Assembly: GCA_964489685.1 (NCBI GenBank) | Contig: CAZAZR010000006.1 | Coordinates: 1-59,223, forward strand | Source of the DNA: an uncultured Solibacteraceae bacterium | GTDB lineage: Bacteria; Acidobacteriota; Vicinamibacteria; Vicinamibacterales; SCN-69-37 | DNA length: 59,223 nucleotides | Direction of reading: 5' to 3' | In this document: one piece after another, positions 28,731-40,007 of the stretch | Layout: each line of letters opens with the position of its first letter | Numbering within the stretch: the stretch's first letter is position 1 | Translations under genes and position numbers: made by a program | Notes under the pieces: generated by a model | What the model saw: the letters and a program-made list of their open reading frames with translations, nothing else | The model's database searches: none | Told to the model about the DNA's origin: nothing

Positions 28731-30469
28731 GCCGCTGTCTCCCCCTCTGGCGCACGCACATCCGCCACGGTCAATTCGGTGACCCGCTCGCCCCGGAAGT
28801 CATTCTGATCGAGAGAGTACGCCAGTTCCAGCCCAAATCGATTCGCCGTGAGATAGGCCTCCCGCTCAGCCGCCCGCCACGCCACCCCCCGAAATGAACG
28901 CCCGTCCTGACGGAACATGAGGGACAAGTGCCGCTCCTTCATGACGCGCGGTGGCTGTGCCAGGTCGACGGGTGATGCGCGGAAAACCGGCTTGGGATTG
29001 GCCGCGCCAAACGGCTCGAGCCGCGAGAGCGCCTGAACCATCTCCCCTGTGATGTCACGCAGGCCCAGCGGCGCGTCGATACGCAATCGTGGAATGAGAT
29101 CGCCGGGCTCGAGATTCCGGTTTGCGAACGCCGTCAGCCGGCGTCGCATCTCAGGCAGGCGCCCCACCTCCACGGTCACCCCGGCCGCCTGCTTGTGGCC
29201 CCCGAACTTCACGAAGACATCCGGGTTGGCCTCAAGGGCCGCAAGCATGTCGAACGCGGGGATACTGCGGCAGGAGCCGTGCGCCACGCCGTCCTCGATC
29301 GCGAGTACGATCGCGGGCTTCCAGAATGCGTCCACCAGTTTTGACGCCACGATCCCGACCACGCCCCGGTGCCAGCCCTCGGAGGCCACCACCAGCATAT
29401 TGTGGCCGCCAATCTCCGGATCCTTCTCCACCATGCGCCTGGCTTCCACAAGCATCCCGGCCTCGCTCTCCTGCCGGCGCGTGTTCTCGTCGGTCAGTAC
29501 TTTCGCCAGCGCCCGGGCGGCCGCTCTCGACTCCGTGTCGCGGCCTCTCGACAGCAGGAGATCGACTGCGCGGCCGGCGTGCCCCATCCGCCCGGCGGCG
29601 TTCAGCCGGGGCGCGAGGACGAAGCCGACGTGGAAACTGTCGAGACGTTTGCCCGACAGACCGCTTTCCTCCAACAGTGCCTCCAGCCCTGTGCCATGCG
29701 GCCCGCGCGACAGCGCGTCGAGGCCGAACTTCGCAATCACCCGGTTCTCGCCCACGAGCGGCACCACGTCCGCCATCGTGCCGATCGCCGCCATCTTGAT
29801 GAAGGACGACAGCGCGGCGGAGCCCGCAGCGTTGTCTCCTAGCAAGGCCTGCACCAACTTCAGGGCGACGCCCGCTCCAGCAAGAAACTTTTCCGGATAG
29901 GCGCAGTCGGGTCGCTTCGGATTGATCACGGCCACCGCTTGTGGCAGTTCCGCCTCGGGTTCGTGATGATCCGTGATGATGAGGTCCACCCCGAGGTCAC
30001 GCGCCCGCCTCGCGGCCTCGCTCGCACGGATGCCGCAGTCCACCGACACGATCACTCTGGCGCCCTGCGAGGCCAGATGTTCGATCGTGCTTGGCTGCAA
30101 TCCATACCCATCTTTCATCCGATCGGGCACGAAATGACCCACGTCCGCTCCGAGCATTTCCAGCGCCCGCTGAAGCATGGCGGTGGACGTAATACCGTCC
30201 GCGTCATAGTCGCCATGAATCATGACGCGCTCCCGGCGCTCAATGGCCTGCTGTAACCGGGCCACGGCCGGCCGCATATCGGTCAGCAGAAACGGGTCGT
30301 GGAGATGCGCAAGGCTGGGGTCGAGAAAGCGTTGCGCTGCGTCAGGGTCGGACAGTCCCCGCTGGTGAAGCAACCGCGCCAGCACCGGCGGCAGGCCGAG
30401 GGCCGAGGCCAGTCGTGAGGCACCGTCAAGGTCCGACGGCACCTCGTCCCAGATCTTCCGCGCCATCAC
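28727..30469 (-). CDS. recJ: Single-stranded-DNA-specific exonuclease RecJ
   Basis: DHH motifs (IHGDYDADGITS, VSVDCG, IITDHH) and a DHHA1 region (GGHKQAAG). Confidence 0.92.
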   Translation of the reverse strand: MMARKIWDEVPSDLDGASRLASALGLPPVLARLLHQRGLSDPDAAQRFLDPSLAHLHDPFLLTDMRPAVARLQQAIERRERVMIHGDYDADGITSTAMLQRALEMLGADVGHFVPDRMKDGYGLQPSTIEHLASQGARVIVSVDCGIRASEAARRARDLGVDLIITDHHEPEAELPQAVAVINPKRPDCAYPEKFLAGAGVALKLVQALLGDNAAGSAALSSFIKMAAIGTMADVVPLVGENRVIAKFGLDALSRGPHGTGLEALLEESGLSGKRLDSFHVGFVLAPRLNAAGRMGHAGRAVDLLLSRGRDTESRAAARALAKVLTDENTRRQESEAGMLVEARRMVEKDPEIGGHNMLVVASEGWHRGVVGIVASKLVDAFWKPAIVLAIEDGVAHGSCRSIPAFDMLAALEANPDVFVKFGGHKQAAGVTVEVGRLPEMRRRLTAFANRNLEPGDLIPRLRIDAPLGLRDITGEMVQALSRLEPFGAANPKPVFRASPVDLAQPPRVMKERHLSLMFRQDGRSFRGVAWRAAEREAYLTANRFGLELAYSLDQNDFRGERVTELTVADVRAPEGETAA

Positions 30470-31461
30470 TCTGCGGGCGTAGCCGTCGCGTGGGCGCTCT
30501 CGTCGGTGAACGCGTGGTCGATCCGCCCGATGGACCGGAACTTCTGGTATCGGGCTTCGAGACGGTCGGGCCCGTTCATGGCCGACACCTCCGCCAGATG
30601 CCGGGCGATCGCCTCGTCGAGGAGTGCGGTCGCCGCCGCATGGTCCTGGTGCGCGCCGCCGAGCGGCTCGGGCACGATTTCGTCGATGACCTGCATCGCC
30701 AGAAGGTCGGGCGCCGTGATCTTGAGGGCGTCAGCCGCCTCCACCTTGCGCGCGGCGTCACGCCACAGGATCGCCGCACACCCCTCAGGCGGAATGACGC
30801 TGAATACCGCAAACTCCTGCATAAGGATGCGATCGCCAATGGCGATGCCCAGTGCGCCTCCCGACCCGCCTTCGCCAGAAATCACGACGATGATGGGTGT
30901 GTCGAGCAACGCCATCTCGCGAAGATTAAGGGCGATGGCCTCTGCCACACCGCGCTCCTCAGACTCCACGCCCGGAAACGCGGCCGGGGTATCAACAAAG
31001 ACAATCACCGGCTGTCGGAATTTCTCTGCCAGGCGCATGACCCGCAGCGCCTTGCGGTACCCCTCGGGCTTCGCATATCCGAAGTTCCTGAAGATCTTCT
31101 GTTTGGTATCGCTCCCCTTCTGGTGGCCGACGATGAACACCGGCTGGCCGTGGAAGTGGGCCATGCCGGTGACAATCGCCTTGTCGTCTCCAAAACGCCG
31201 GTCGCCATGCAACTCGGTGAACCCGGTAAACAGCCGACCGACGTAGTCCAGCATGACGGGTCGGTCCGCATGCCGCGCGACGAGCACCCGCTGCCAGGGC
31301 GTGAGGTGAGAAAAAATGTCGGCGCGCAGTTCCCGCACACGCGCGTCCAGGCGCGCGATGGAGGCCAACCGATCGGCGGTCGGCGGCATCAGGCGCATGG
31401 CCTGAATCTCCTTCTGCAGGATGGCCACAGGCTCTTCGAACTCCAGGGCGTCTACCGTCAT
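30466..31461 (-). CDS. accA: Acetyl-CoA carboxylase carboxyltransferase subunit alpha
   Basis: LTPWQRVLVARHADRP...ELHGDR.FGDD.AIV.G...G.PV..IGHQKG and ISGEGGSGGALGI motifs. Confidence 0.93.
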   Translation of the reverse strand: MTVDALEFEEPVAILQKEIQAMRLMPPTADRLASIARLDARVRELRADIFSHLTPWQRVLVARHADRPVMLDYVGRLFTGFTELHGDRRFGDDKAIVTGMAHFHGQPVFIVGHQKGSDTKQKIFRNFGYAKPEGYRKALRVMRLAEKFRQPVIVFVDTPAAFPGVESEERGVAEAIALNLREMALLDTPIIVVISGEGGSGGALGIAIGDRILMQEFAVFSVIPPEGCAAILWRDAARKVEAADALKITAPDLLAMQVIDEIVPEPLGGAHQDHAAATALLDEAIARHLAEVSAMNGPDRLEARYQKFRSIGRIDHAFTDESAHATATPAE

Positions 31462-31468
31462 CAGTCCC

Positions 31469-34400
31469 TCACTTCAAACTCACTGCGCCGGCGCCGCAGA
31501 CCAACTCGACATCGCGCACAAACCCCTCGCTCGGGCGGATGCGGTGCGACGTCCCGGCGCGCACGCGAAGGCCGCCTTCGTTGCCCGGCACCTCGACCAC
31601 AAACGACACGCGACGGTCGCCCGGGTGCCGTTCAAACACCTGCGCGAGCGATCGCAGGACGTCGCGCGACCCGCCTCGTCCGGCCACGGTGATCTGGACC
31701 TCTCGGACCACCCGTTCCCGGGCCGCCTCAAGCGTGCTGAGCTCGGCCGCCACCATCTTGCCCGTCTCATCGTCGCGCTCGAACTTGCCCCGCACAATCA
31801 GCATGGCATCATCCGCCACCAGACGGCCGAATTTTGCATAGGCCTCGGGGAAGACCACCACTTCGAATTTGCCGCCCTCATCTTCGAGATTAAACGCGGC
31901 CATCGGGTCGCCCCGCTTGGTCTTGAGCCGCCGAAGCCCCGTGACCACGCCGGCCACCTGGCAGTCCGGCTCGGACTGAAACAACGCAGACACCGTGCGC
32001 GCGCCAACCGCCGCGATGACGGCCGCGTATCGCTGCAGTGGGTGCCCGCTGATATACAGTCCGAGGGCCTCCTTTTCGAACGTCAGGGCCTGCGTTTCGG
32101 TCCAGGGCGAGGCCTCTGGCAGCACCGCCGCGTCGTTGTGAGGGGCCGTGGCGTCCTCGTCATTCCCAAACAACTGCGACTGGCCCTGGTCCCGGTCCTT
32201 CTGGTGGCGATTGCCGTGATCCAGGATGCGATCAATGCCGGCCAGCAGGCGTGGTCGCCACTGCAGGTACTGCTCACGCCCACCCGGCGCGAGACTGTCG
32301 CAGGCACCGGCTTTGATCAGGCTCTCGATCACCTTCTTGTTGACCAGTCGCAGGTCCAGTTGCTCGGCCAGGGAGAACAGGGATGTGATGGTTCCACCCA
32401 GGGCGGCGCGCGCCGCCATCAGCGACACAATCGCCCCTTCGCCGGCCCCCTTGACCGCGCCCAATCCAAACCTGACCCCGTCGGGCTGGCCTTCGGACTT
32501 CTGGACGGTGAAATGGAGGGCACTCGCGTTGATGTCGGGCGGACGGACCGCCACGCCAAGTTCGCGACACTCCGCGAGGTACAGGGCCACCTTGTCAGAG
32601 GACTGCGACTCGATGGTCAGCAGTGCCGCCATGAAGTGCTGTGGATAGTTCGCCTTGAGGTAACCGGTCCGATAGGCCAGCAACGCGTAGGCGGTCGAGT
32701 GCGACTTGTTAAAACCGTAGCCGGCAAAAAATTCGATGAACTGGAAGATCGTGGCGGCCTTTTTCTCCGAGATGCCACGCTCGGCGCAGCCGGACATGAA
32801 TCGCTTCCGGGTGGCCTCCATCTTCTTTTCGTCTTTTTTGCCCATGGCGCGGCGCAGTTCGTCCGCCTGGCCAAGGGTGAACCCGGCCAGATCGCTGGCC
32901 AGCCGCATGACCTGTTCCTGGTACGCGATGACGCCGTACGTCTCCTTGAGGACGGGTTCCATCTGCGCCAGTTCGTATTTGATCTCGACGCGCCCGTGTT
33001 TCCGATTGATGTAGTCGTCAACGACGCCGCCACGCAGCGGCCCCGGCCGATACAGGGCGTTGAGGGCGATGAGATCTTCCAGACACTGCGGCTTGGCTTT
33101 GCGCAGTGTCTCGCGCATGCCCGAGCTTTCAAACTGGAAGACCCCGTGCGTCTGTCCGTTGGCAAACAGCTGATACGTCTTGGCGTTGTCAATCGGCAGG
33201 TGATCGAGGTCCACCACGTCGCCGGTGGTCTCCTTGATATGTTTGACGGCATCGTCGAGGAGCGTCAGGGTGCTCAGGCCGAGAAAGTCCATCTTGAGCA
33301 GCCCCACCCGCTCGATGTCCTTCATGGCCCACTGGGTCGTGATTTCGTCCTTCTGGCTCCGATAGAGTGGCGCGAACTCCACAACGGGCCGAGGCGCGAT
33401 CACCACGCCGGCGGCGTGCACGGACGCGTGGCGGGTCATGCCTTCCAGCCGCCGGGCCACTTTCAGCAACTCGCGCACGCGTTCGTCCTTGCGCTCGAGG
33501 TCGGCCAGCGCCGCAACCTCTTCGAGGGCCTTGTCGAGGCTCATGTCGAGCGTGCCTGGAATGAGTTTGGCGACGCGGTCAACTTCGGAAATCGGAAACT
33601 CCATGACGCGGCCGACATCGCGCACGACTGCGCGGGCCTTCATGGTGCCGAACGTGATGATCTGCGCCACGTTCTCGCGGCCGTATTTCTGCGTGACGTA
33701 CTGGATGACTTCGGCGCGCCGTCGCTCGCAGAAATCGATGTCGATGTCGGGCAGGGTGATGCGCTCGGGGTTCAGAAACCGTTCGAAGTACAGGTCGAAG
33801 TGCAGTGGATCGATATCCGTGATCCGCATGCAGTACGCCACCAGGCTGCCGGCGGCCGACCCTCGGCCCGGCCCGACCGGAATCCCGCGTTCGCGCGCAT
33901 GACGGATGAAATCCCAGACGATCAGAAAGTACCCGTCGTACTTCATCTGCCGGATCATGTCGAGTTCGTATTGCAGACGCGATTCGTACTCGGCGAACGT
34001 CCGGCGCAACTCGCCTCTGGCGTCCTGGTCGCGCCAGCGCACCATCCGCTCCCGGAACCCTTCGCGTGCGACATGTTCGAAATACGACCCGGCCGAAAAG
34101 CCAGGCGGCACATCGAAGTCGGGCAGATGGTTGACGTTCTTGGGAATGTCCACCGAGCAGCGATCGGCGATCCGCAACGTATTCGCCAGGGCATCGGGAT
34201 GGTCGCCAAAGACGGCCGCCATCTCTTCTGGCGTCTTCAGGAAGAACTGATCCCCATGGTATTTGAGGCGTTTGTCGTCGCTGACGTTCTTGCCGGTGCC
34301 GATGCAGAGCAGGATGTCGTGCGGGTGCTGGTCGGTGTGTTTCAGGTAGTGCACGTCATTCGTGGCGACGAGCGGAAGGTCCAGGTCGCGAGCAATCGGC

Positions 34401-34984
34401 AGCAGTCCGGTGTTGACGATGCGCTGATCTTCGATGCCCTGGTACTGCATCTCGAGGAAAAAATTCCCGGGCCCGAGGATGTCGCGGTACCGCGCCGCCG
34501 CATCAAGGGCCTTTCGCGCCCGATCCGTGCGGAGTCCGGTCGCCACTTCGCCTTTGAGGCAACTGCTCAATCCAATGAGTCCCCTGGCGTGTTGTGCCAG
34601 CAGATCCTTGTCGATGCGCGGCTTGTAATAGAACCCCTCGGTGTACCCCGACGACACCAGCTTCATCAGGTTGTGAAAGCCTTCGGTCGTCTCCGACAGG
34701 AGCACGAGGTGATTGGCCGTTTCACCGGGCGTGCCCGAGCGATCGCGCCGGTCCCCTGGGGCGATATACACCTCGCAGCCGAGGATGGGTTTGATGCCCC
34801 GCTTGTGGGCCTCGTCGAAAAAGGAGACGGCCGAGAACATATTGCCGTGTTCGGTCACCGCCACCGCGGGCATCTTGAGTTCGACGGCGCGGTCCAGCAT
34901 CTCGCCGATGCGACAGGCGCCATCGAGCAGCGAGAACTCCGTGTGCAGGTGCAGATGAACGAACTCGGCCATCCCTATTCCCAC
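31469..34984 (-). CDS. dnaE: DNA polymerase III subunit alpha
   Basis: 1171 aa. PHP N-terminus [16 protein letters not shown], palm/fingers ([16 protein letters not shown]) and a C-terminal OB fold. Confidence 0.97.
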   Translation of the reverse strand: MGIGMAEFVHLHLHTEFSLLDGACRIGEMLDRAVELKMPAVAVTEHGNMFSAVSFFDEAHKRGIKPILGCEVYIAPGDRRDRSGTPGETANHLVLLSETTEGFHNLMKLVSSGYTEGFYYKPRIDKDLLAQHARGLIGLSSCLKGEVATGLRTDRARKALDAAARYRDILGPGNFFLEMQYQGIEDQRIVNTGLLPIARDLDLPLVATNDVHYLKHTDQHPHDILLCIGTGKNVSDDKRLKYHGDQFFLKTPEEMAAVFGDHPDALANTLRIADRCSVDIPKNVNHLPDFDVPPGFSAGSYFEHVAREGFRERMVRWRDQDARGELRRTFAEYESRLQYELDMIRQMKYDGYFLIVWDFIRHARERGIPVGPGRGSAAGSLVAYCMRITDIDPLHFDLYFERFLNPERITLPDIDIDFCERRRAEVIQYVTQKYGRENVAQIITFGTMKARAVVRDVGRVMEFPISEVDRVAKLIPGTLDMSLDKALEEVAALADLERKDERVRELLKVARRLEGMTRHASVHAAGVVIAPRPVVEFAPLYRSQKDEITTQWAMKDIERVGLLKMDFLGLSTLTLLDDAVKHIKETTGDVVDLDHLPIDNAKTYQLFANGQTHGVFQFESSGMRETLRKAKPQCLEDLIALNALYRPGPLRGGVVDDYINRKHGRVEIKYELAQMEPVLKETYGVIAYQEQVMRLASDLAGFTLGQADELRRAMGKKDEKKMEATRKRFMSGCAERGISEKKAATIFQFIEFFAGYGFNKSHSTAYALLAYRTGYLKANYPQHFMAALLTIESQSSDKVALYLAECRELGVAVRPPDINASALHFTVQKSEGQPDGVRFGLGAVKGAGEGAIVSLMAARAALGGTITSLFSLAEQLDLRLVNKKVIESLIKAGACDSLAPGGREQYLQWRPRLLAGIDRILDHGNRHQKDRDQGQSQLFGNDEDATAPHNDAAVLPEASPWTETQALTFEKEALGLYISGHPLQRYAAVIAAVGARTVSALFQSEPDCQVAGVVTGLRRLKTKRGDPMAAFNLEDEGGKFEVVVFPEAYAKFGRLVADDAMLIVRGKFERDDETGKMVAAELSTLEAARERVVREVQITVAGRGGSRDVLRSLAQVFERHPGDRRVSFVVEVPGNEGGLRVRAGTSHRIRPSEGFVRDVELVCGAGAVSLK

Positions 34985-36513
34985 TCGATCGTCGCCGGCG
35001 GCTTGGAACTGATGTCGTAGACGACGCGGTTGATGCCGCGTACTTCGTTCACGATGCGTGACGAAATCGCGCCCAGCAGTTCATGCGGCAGGCGCGCCCA
35101 ATCGGCCGTCATGCCGTCCCGGCTCTCGACGGCCCTTACCGCGATGGTGTACTCGTACGTGCGCTCATCGCCCATCACGCCAACGCTCTGCACCGGCAGC
35201 AGGACGGCGAACGACTGCCACACGCGGCGATACCAGCCCGCGCGGCGAATTTCGTCCGCGACAATCGCGTCCGCCAACCGCAGCAGTGCCAGTTGCGGCC
35301 GACTGACAGGCCCCAGCAGCCGCACGGCCAGGCCGGGACCGGGAAACGGCTGACGCCACACGAACTCATCGTCAAGTCCCAGTGTCGTGCCGACCGCACG
35401 CACTTCGTCCTTGAACAATTCGCGCAACGGTTCGACCAGTGTGAAGTTGAGACGTTCGGGCAGGCCACCCACATTGTGGTGGCTCTTGATCACCGCCGAT
35501 GGACCGAGCACCGACACACTCTCGATCACGTCCGGGTACAACGTCCCCTGCGCGAGGAATCCGAACCCGCCAAGCGCGTTCGCGCGCTCCTCGAAGACGT
35601 CAATAAACGCCGCGCCGATGATCTTGCGCTTCTTCTCCGGATCGCTCACGCCCGCCAGCCGCGTCAAGAACAGATCTGTCGCGTCCACAAAGTCGAGCTG
35701 CAGTCCCAGCCGCTCGAACCGTGTGCGCACCTGCACGGCTTCATTGAGTCGCAGCAAGCCGTTGTCCACAAACATGCAGGTCAGCCGATCGCCGATCGCC
35801 TTGTGAATGAGGAGCGCGGCGACAGTCGAATCCACACCACCCGAGAGACCACACACCACGCGGCCCTCGCCCACCGTCGCCCGGATGCGCGCCACACTCT
35901 CTTCGACGAACCCAGCCATCGTCCAGTCGCCGCGGCAGCCGCAGACATCGAAAGCGAAGTTGTGAAGAATGGCTGCGCCCTCGTTCGTGTGGACCACTTC
36001 GGGATGAAACAGCAGCGCGTAGAGTTGGCGCCCCTGGTCCTGCATCGCCGCGATCGGTGCGTTCACGGATGTCGCGAGGACCTCGAAGCCGTCAGGCGCG
36101 GCAGCCACACAGTCCCCATGGCTGGCCCACACACGCAGTGAGGCCGGCACGCCGGTGAACAACGGGCTGGCCACGCCAGAGGTCTCGACCACCGCGAGAC
36201 CGAACTCGCGCTGGGGAGCGGGCTGCACCGTCCCACCGAACGTGTCGGTCATCACCTGCATGCCATAGCAGATGCCGAGGATGGGGACACCCAACGTCCA
36301 GAGCCCGGGGTCGGGTCGCGGCGACCCTGCTTCGGAGACGCTACGCGGGCCGCCTGACAGGATGATGCCGGCCGGACGATGCCGGGCGATCTCGGCGAGC
36401 GGCGTGTGAAACGGAATAATCTCCGAGTACACCGAGAACTCGCGGAGCCGCCGGGCAATGAGTTGTGTGTACTGGGAGCCGAAGTCAAGAACGAGAATGG
36501 TCTGGTGGGTCAC
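34975..36513 (-). CDS. guaA: GMP synthase (glutamine-hydrolysing)
   Basis: GATase domain (ILGICYGMQ), ATP-PPase SGGVDSTV and the C-terminal dimerisation domain ending KPPATIEWE. Confidence 0.97.
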   Translation of the reverse strand: MTHQTILVLDFGSQYTQLIARRLREFSVYSEIIPFHTPLAEIARHRPAGIILSGGPRSVSEAGSPRPDPGLWTLGVPILGICYGMQVMTDTFGGTVQPAPQREFGLAVVETSGVASPLFTGVPASLRVWASHGDCVAAAPDGFEVLATSVNAPIAAMQDQGRQLYALLFHPEVVHTNEGAAILHNFAFDVCGCRGDWTMAGFVEESVARIRATVGEGRVVCGLSGGVDSTVAALLIHKAIGDRLTCMFVDNGLLRLNEAVQVRTRFERLGLQLDFVDATDLFLTRLAGVSDPEKKRKIIGAAFIDVFEERANALGGFGFLAQGTLYPDVIESVSVLGPSAVIKSHHNVGGLPERLNFTLVEPLRELFKDEVRAVGTTLGLDDEFVWRQPFPGPGLAVRLLGPVSRPQLALLRLADAIVADEIRRAGWYRRVWQSFAVLLPVQSVGVMGDERTYEYTIAVRAVESRDGMTADWARLPHELLGAISSRIVNEVRGINRVVYDISSKPPATIEWE

Positions 36514-36554
36514 AGGTATCGGCCAGGCTGAAGGAATACCGCTATTATAAGCGG

Positions 36555-37694
36555 GTGAGCATCACTCGCGCGGCCTTCCGGCTTGCCGCGCCACTCTTGT
36601 CAGCTGCGCTCGTCGTCGCGGCGCCCCCGGCGATTGACCCCGTGTGGCCGATGGACACCGCATGGACGCACCCGTTTCCTTTCGGGGACGAATTTTCGAT
36701 CGTCGTCGGCGACACCCGCCTGTTTGTGGTTGAACCGACCCGAATCGCGGCCCATGCCTGGGACGACGGCGCGCCCCTGTGGGTCAGCGATCTGGATGCC
36801 ACGGTGGCGCCAGTCGTGGATGAAGGCCGTGTGTTCTTTGCCGCCGAGGAGCAGGTGCACGCGGTGTCCGAGGGGAGCGGCCACCTCGAGTGGCGTCTGC
36901 CCACCGGGCCATTGTCCATCGCTCCGACAGCTCGCTCGGGTTGGCTGATCGTCGCCGGTGAGACTGGCACCTTGACCGGCGTGAATGCGTCCCTCGGGCG
37001 CGTGGTCTGGACGGCCGCGATCAGTGTGCCGCTGACGACGCCCGTGTCGATCGACGGCGATCTGGTGGTGGCCGCGCTGGCCGATGGGCGTGTCACCGGT
37101 TGGCGTATCACAGACGGTGCGAGCCGCTGGGAAACGAAGATCGGCACGCGGCCCGTGCAGGTGCTCGCCGCGGCTGACCGCGTCTTCATCGCCGGGCAGG
37201 ATGGCCGTCTCATCTGCCTTCGCCAGCGTGATGGTCAGAGGGAGTGGGACTACAAATTTGGCATGGCTGTCGTGGGACGCCTGGTCGCCGACAACACCCA
37301 CGTTTACGCGACAACCATCGACAACACGGTTCGTGCGCACGGATTCAACGGGCACCAGAAATGGCGCAAGGAAGTCGCCGCACGGGTCGTGGACGGCCTG
37401 ATCGCGGATTCCGGACGGGTGTTTGTCCCGCAGTCGAATGGGGAGATCCGGATCTTCACTGCCGAAACCGGCGAGCGCGCCGGCCGGTTGGCTGGCCCCG
37501 AGGAAGGGGCCAGTGTGCTTGGCGGTCTCGCCTCGGCAGGTGCCGGACGTGCGCTGCGAATGGCCATCACCACTTCCGCCGCGTCGGAACTCACAGTGAC
37601 GGCGTATCAGCCCACCGGCCTGGCTGCAACGGTGGCCGCTACCGGGCCTCCTGCGACGACGCTGGGACTGGTGTTGCCGCCCGTGCGTCGCTGA
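36555..37694 (+). CDS. PQQ-like beta-propeller repeat protein (BamB-like fold)
   Basis: Repeated G.V.A.....G...W blades (e.g. [56 protein letters not shown]). Start placed at GTG 36555, giving a signal-like [20 protein letters not shown]. The start and the BamB role are uncertain, and there is no lipobox Cys. Confidence 0.55.
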   Translation: MSITRAAFRLAAPLLSAALVVAAPPAIDPVWPMDTAWTHPFPFGDEFSIVVGDTRLFVVEPTRIAAHAWDDGAPLWVSDLDATVAPVVDEGRVFFAAEEQVHAVSEGSGHLEWRLPTGPLSIAPTARSGWLIVAGETGTLTGVNASLGRVVWTAAISVPLTTPVSIDGDLVVAALADGRVTGWRITDGASRWETKIGTRPVQVLAAADRVFIAGQDGRLICLRQRDGQREWDYKFGMAVVGRLVADNTHVYATTIDNTVRAHGFNGHQKWRKEVAARVVDGLIADSGRVFVPQSNGEIRIFTAETGERAGRLAGPEEGASVLGGLASAGAGRALRMAITTSAASELTVTAYQPTGLAATVAATGPPATTLGLVLPPVRR

Positions 37695-38895
37695 GGGCGT
37701 GGGCGAGCCGCCGCACCCCTTCGTGGATGCGATCGGCCGGCGGCGACGAGAATGACAGCCGGATAAATTGCCGTTCGGATCCCGAGACAAAAAATGCACT
37801 GCCGGCGACGAAGATCACGCCGCGCCCGAGCGCCTGCGGTAGCAGCGAGTCACCATCGAGCGGCTCCCGGAGGCGCGCCCACAGGAAGAACCCGCCCCGT
37901 GGCATCTCCCACGTGAGCACATCGCCGCAGGCTTCGGTCAGCGCCCCGACCATCACGTCGCGCTTCTCCTGGTACAGCGCGCGCAACCGCGGCAACTGGC
38001 GGGCCAGCACACCGCGTCGGCACGCCTCGTTGACGATTTGCTGCCCAAGGGCGCCACTGCACAGGTCCGTGGCCTGTTTCGCGAGTTCGAACCGGCCGAC
38101 CAGTGCAGGAGCCGCGCTGAGCCAGCCGACACGAAGGCCTGGCGCCAGCGTCTTGGAAACACTGCCCAGGTAGATCACACGACCCGTGGCATCGTCAGCC
38201 GCAAGCGCCCGGGTTTCGGCTTCCTGAGTCACATCGGGGAAAAACAGGTCCCGATACGGATCATCCTCCACCACGAGCACGTCGCGACGCTCCGCCCACT
38301 CGAGCAGCTGCCGCCGCTTGTCGAGGCTGACCAGCAGTCCCGTCGGATTCTGAAAATTCGGCACGGTGTAAAAGAACTTCACGCGCCGCCCTGCGCCGCG
38401 CAGGCGCACGAGCGCGGCGTCAAGCGCGTCGAGGTCGCACCCGTCCGGGTTCTGCCGCACGCCGACCAGTTCGGCGCCGACGCCACGGAACGCCGAAATC
38501 GCGCCGGTGTACGTCGGCAACTCCACCAGCACGACGTCTCCAGGATCGAGCAGCACCCGGGCGGTGAGATCCAGGCCCTGCTGCGAACCGTTGGTGACCA
38601 CCAACTGCTCAAGCGCGGTGCTGATTCCCCGCTCGGCCATCAGGCCTGTGATGACTTCCAACAGCGGACGGTATCCGCGCGTGGCGCCATATTGCAGGAC
38701 CGACTCCCGGCGACTCGACAACACATCGTCGGCGATGGCTCGGAAGTCGTCCCACGCGAACGCGGCCTCGGCGGGATACCCGGGTGCAAACGACACCAGG
38801 TCGCGCGAATCGGCGAGCATCGATCCCATCTTGCGAATCGCGGATTCCTGCATCGATTCGCCGGCGCGCGACAGGAATGCATCGAAGTTCGTCAT
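37639..38895 (-). CDS. PLP-dependent aminotransferase, class I/II (2-aminoadipate/aromatic aminotransferase-like)
   Basis: SAIRKM...ISFA.GYP N-terminal motif, NPTG, and the SVSKTLAPGLRVGW PLP-lysine region. Confidence 0.8.
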   Translation of the reverse strand: MTNFDAFLSRAGESMQESAIRKMGSMLADSRDLVSFAPGYPAEAAFAWDDFRAIADDVLSSRRESVLQYGATRGYRPLLEVITGLMAERGISTALEQLVVTNGSQQGLDLTARVLLDPGDVVLVELPTYTGAISAFRGVGAELVGVRQNPDGCDLDALDAALVRLRGAGRRVKFFYTVPNFQNPTGLLVSLDKRRQLLEWAERRDVLVVEDDPYRDLFFPDVTQEAETRALAADDATGRVIYLGSVSKTLAPGLRVGWLSAAPALVGRFELAKQATDLCSGALGQQIVNEACRRGVLARQLPRLRALYQEKRDVMVGALTEACGDVLTWEMPRGGFFLWARLREPLDGDSLLPQALGRGVIFVAGSAFFVSGSERQFIRLSFSSPPADRIHEGVRRLAHALSDARAATPVPASSQEAR

Positions 38896-39941
38896 GCAGG
38901 AATCCTTCTGCCCTCACTCGGGGCGCGATCAGCAGAGGTCGGCTCGCCGGAGGTCGGCTCGGCGTAGCGACGGTACTGGCTGTGGTAGGCCGACCACGCC
39001 GACAAGTCCATGTAGTGAAACACCACGCCACGCACCAGCCACGCGGCCAACTGCAGTGGAACGACGGCCAGGCCGACAAAGGGCACCCACGCCACCAGCG
39101 CGAGGCCCGCAGTCGCCAGCACAGACGCCGCAGTGGCCAGCAGGACAAGACCGAGCACCACACTGAAGATTCCCAGCACCTGCCGCGCATCGTGCAACAG
39201 GAACACTCGAAGCTGCCTGACCGCCGTACTGAGGCGGCAGTCGTCAGTCGCCATGATGACCTGTAGAAGCGCGTGCACGAGTTGCAGGATCGCGATCGTC
39301 ACCAGCGCGACGGCCGTCACGCCGACGACCGACACCGGAAGCACCATCGACCAACCGGCGCGTCCAGCCAGCCTTGCGGCCAGCACCAGGCTGGCAATGG
39401 CGCCAGCGCCCACGACCGCATACGCCACGTACAGCCAGGCGCCCACCAGCACGTACCGGCGCCCAAGGTGGCTCACCGCTTCCATGAACCCTTCCAGGCT
39501 GAATGCGCCAGCTCGACTTACCGCGTCCAGACGCAGTGGTGATTTCTGCAGATCGCCGGCGGCACGTTCGCCCCTATCAAGCGTGCCCATCACGCCGGCC
39601 TGCGTGAGCCACGACACCACGCCACTGCCGGCGGCTACGACACCCATCGCCGCCACAAAGCTCCAGAGGGCCGCAGGACGATGCATCAGAGAGGTGATGA
39701 CCAGTCCGGTGGCGGAGGTGATCCCGTCTGCGAACATCATGCGCACGTCCGCTTCAGCGAGCACCGCGACCACGAACGCACCGCCGATCACCGGAACGGC
39801 CAGTGCCAGCCGGCAGACGGACACCGACATAAACTGCGCGAGTACGACGGGCCAATTTGCGGCCGCAACCAGCGCGCCGCGCTTGAGCGCGGCCCGCAGC
39901 GGCAAACCGCCAAGACTGCCACGCACGATCAGAAGGGACAC
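38892..39941 (-). CDS. Polytopic membrane protein of unknown function
   Basis: 349-aa ORF with several long Ala/Val/Leu-rich hydrophobic segments and no motif I recognise. Its stop overlaps the aminotransferase start by 4 nt. Called as coding because of the coupling and the hydrophobic periodicity. Confidence 0.5.
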   Translation of the reverse strand: MSLLIVRGSLGGLPLRAALKRGALVAAANWPVVLAQFMSVSVCRLALAVPVIGGAFVVAVLAEADVRMMFADGITSATGLVITSLMHRPAALWSFVAAMGVVAAGSGVVSWLTQAGVMGTLDRGERAAGDLQKSPLRLDAVSRAGAFSLEGFMEAVSHLGRRYVLVGAWLYVAYAVVGAGAIASLVLAARLAGRAGWSMVLPVSVVGVTAVALVTIAILQLVHALLQVIMATDDCRLSTAVRQLRVFLLHDARQVLGIFSVVLGLVLLATAASVLATAGLALVAWVPFVGLAVVPLQLAAWLVRGVVFHYMDLSAWSAYHSQYRRYAEPTSGEPTSADRAPSEGRRIPA

Positions 39942-40007
39942 CGGCGAGTATAGCCCAGCGCTTCTCTGATATCCTGCGAGCGGACGGCCCTCCTGCCCCG
40001 GCTACCG

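Noticed and set aside
31421-35020. 1199-aa plus-strand ORF, the longest in the track, covering the whole dnaE region
   Set aside because: It is exactly antisense to an unmistakable dnaE. The translation is Arg/Gly/His/Pro/Leu-rich low-complexity sequence with no recognisable motif. Long stop-free antisense frames are expected at this GC content.
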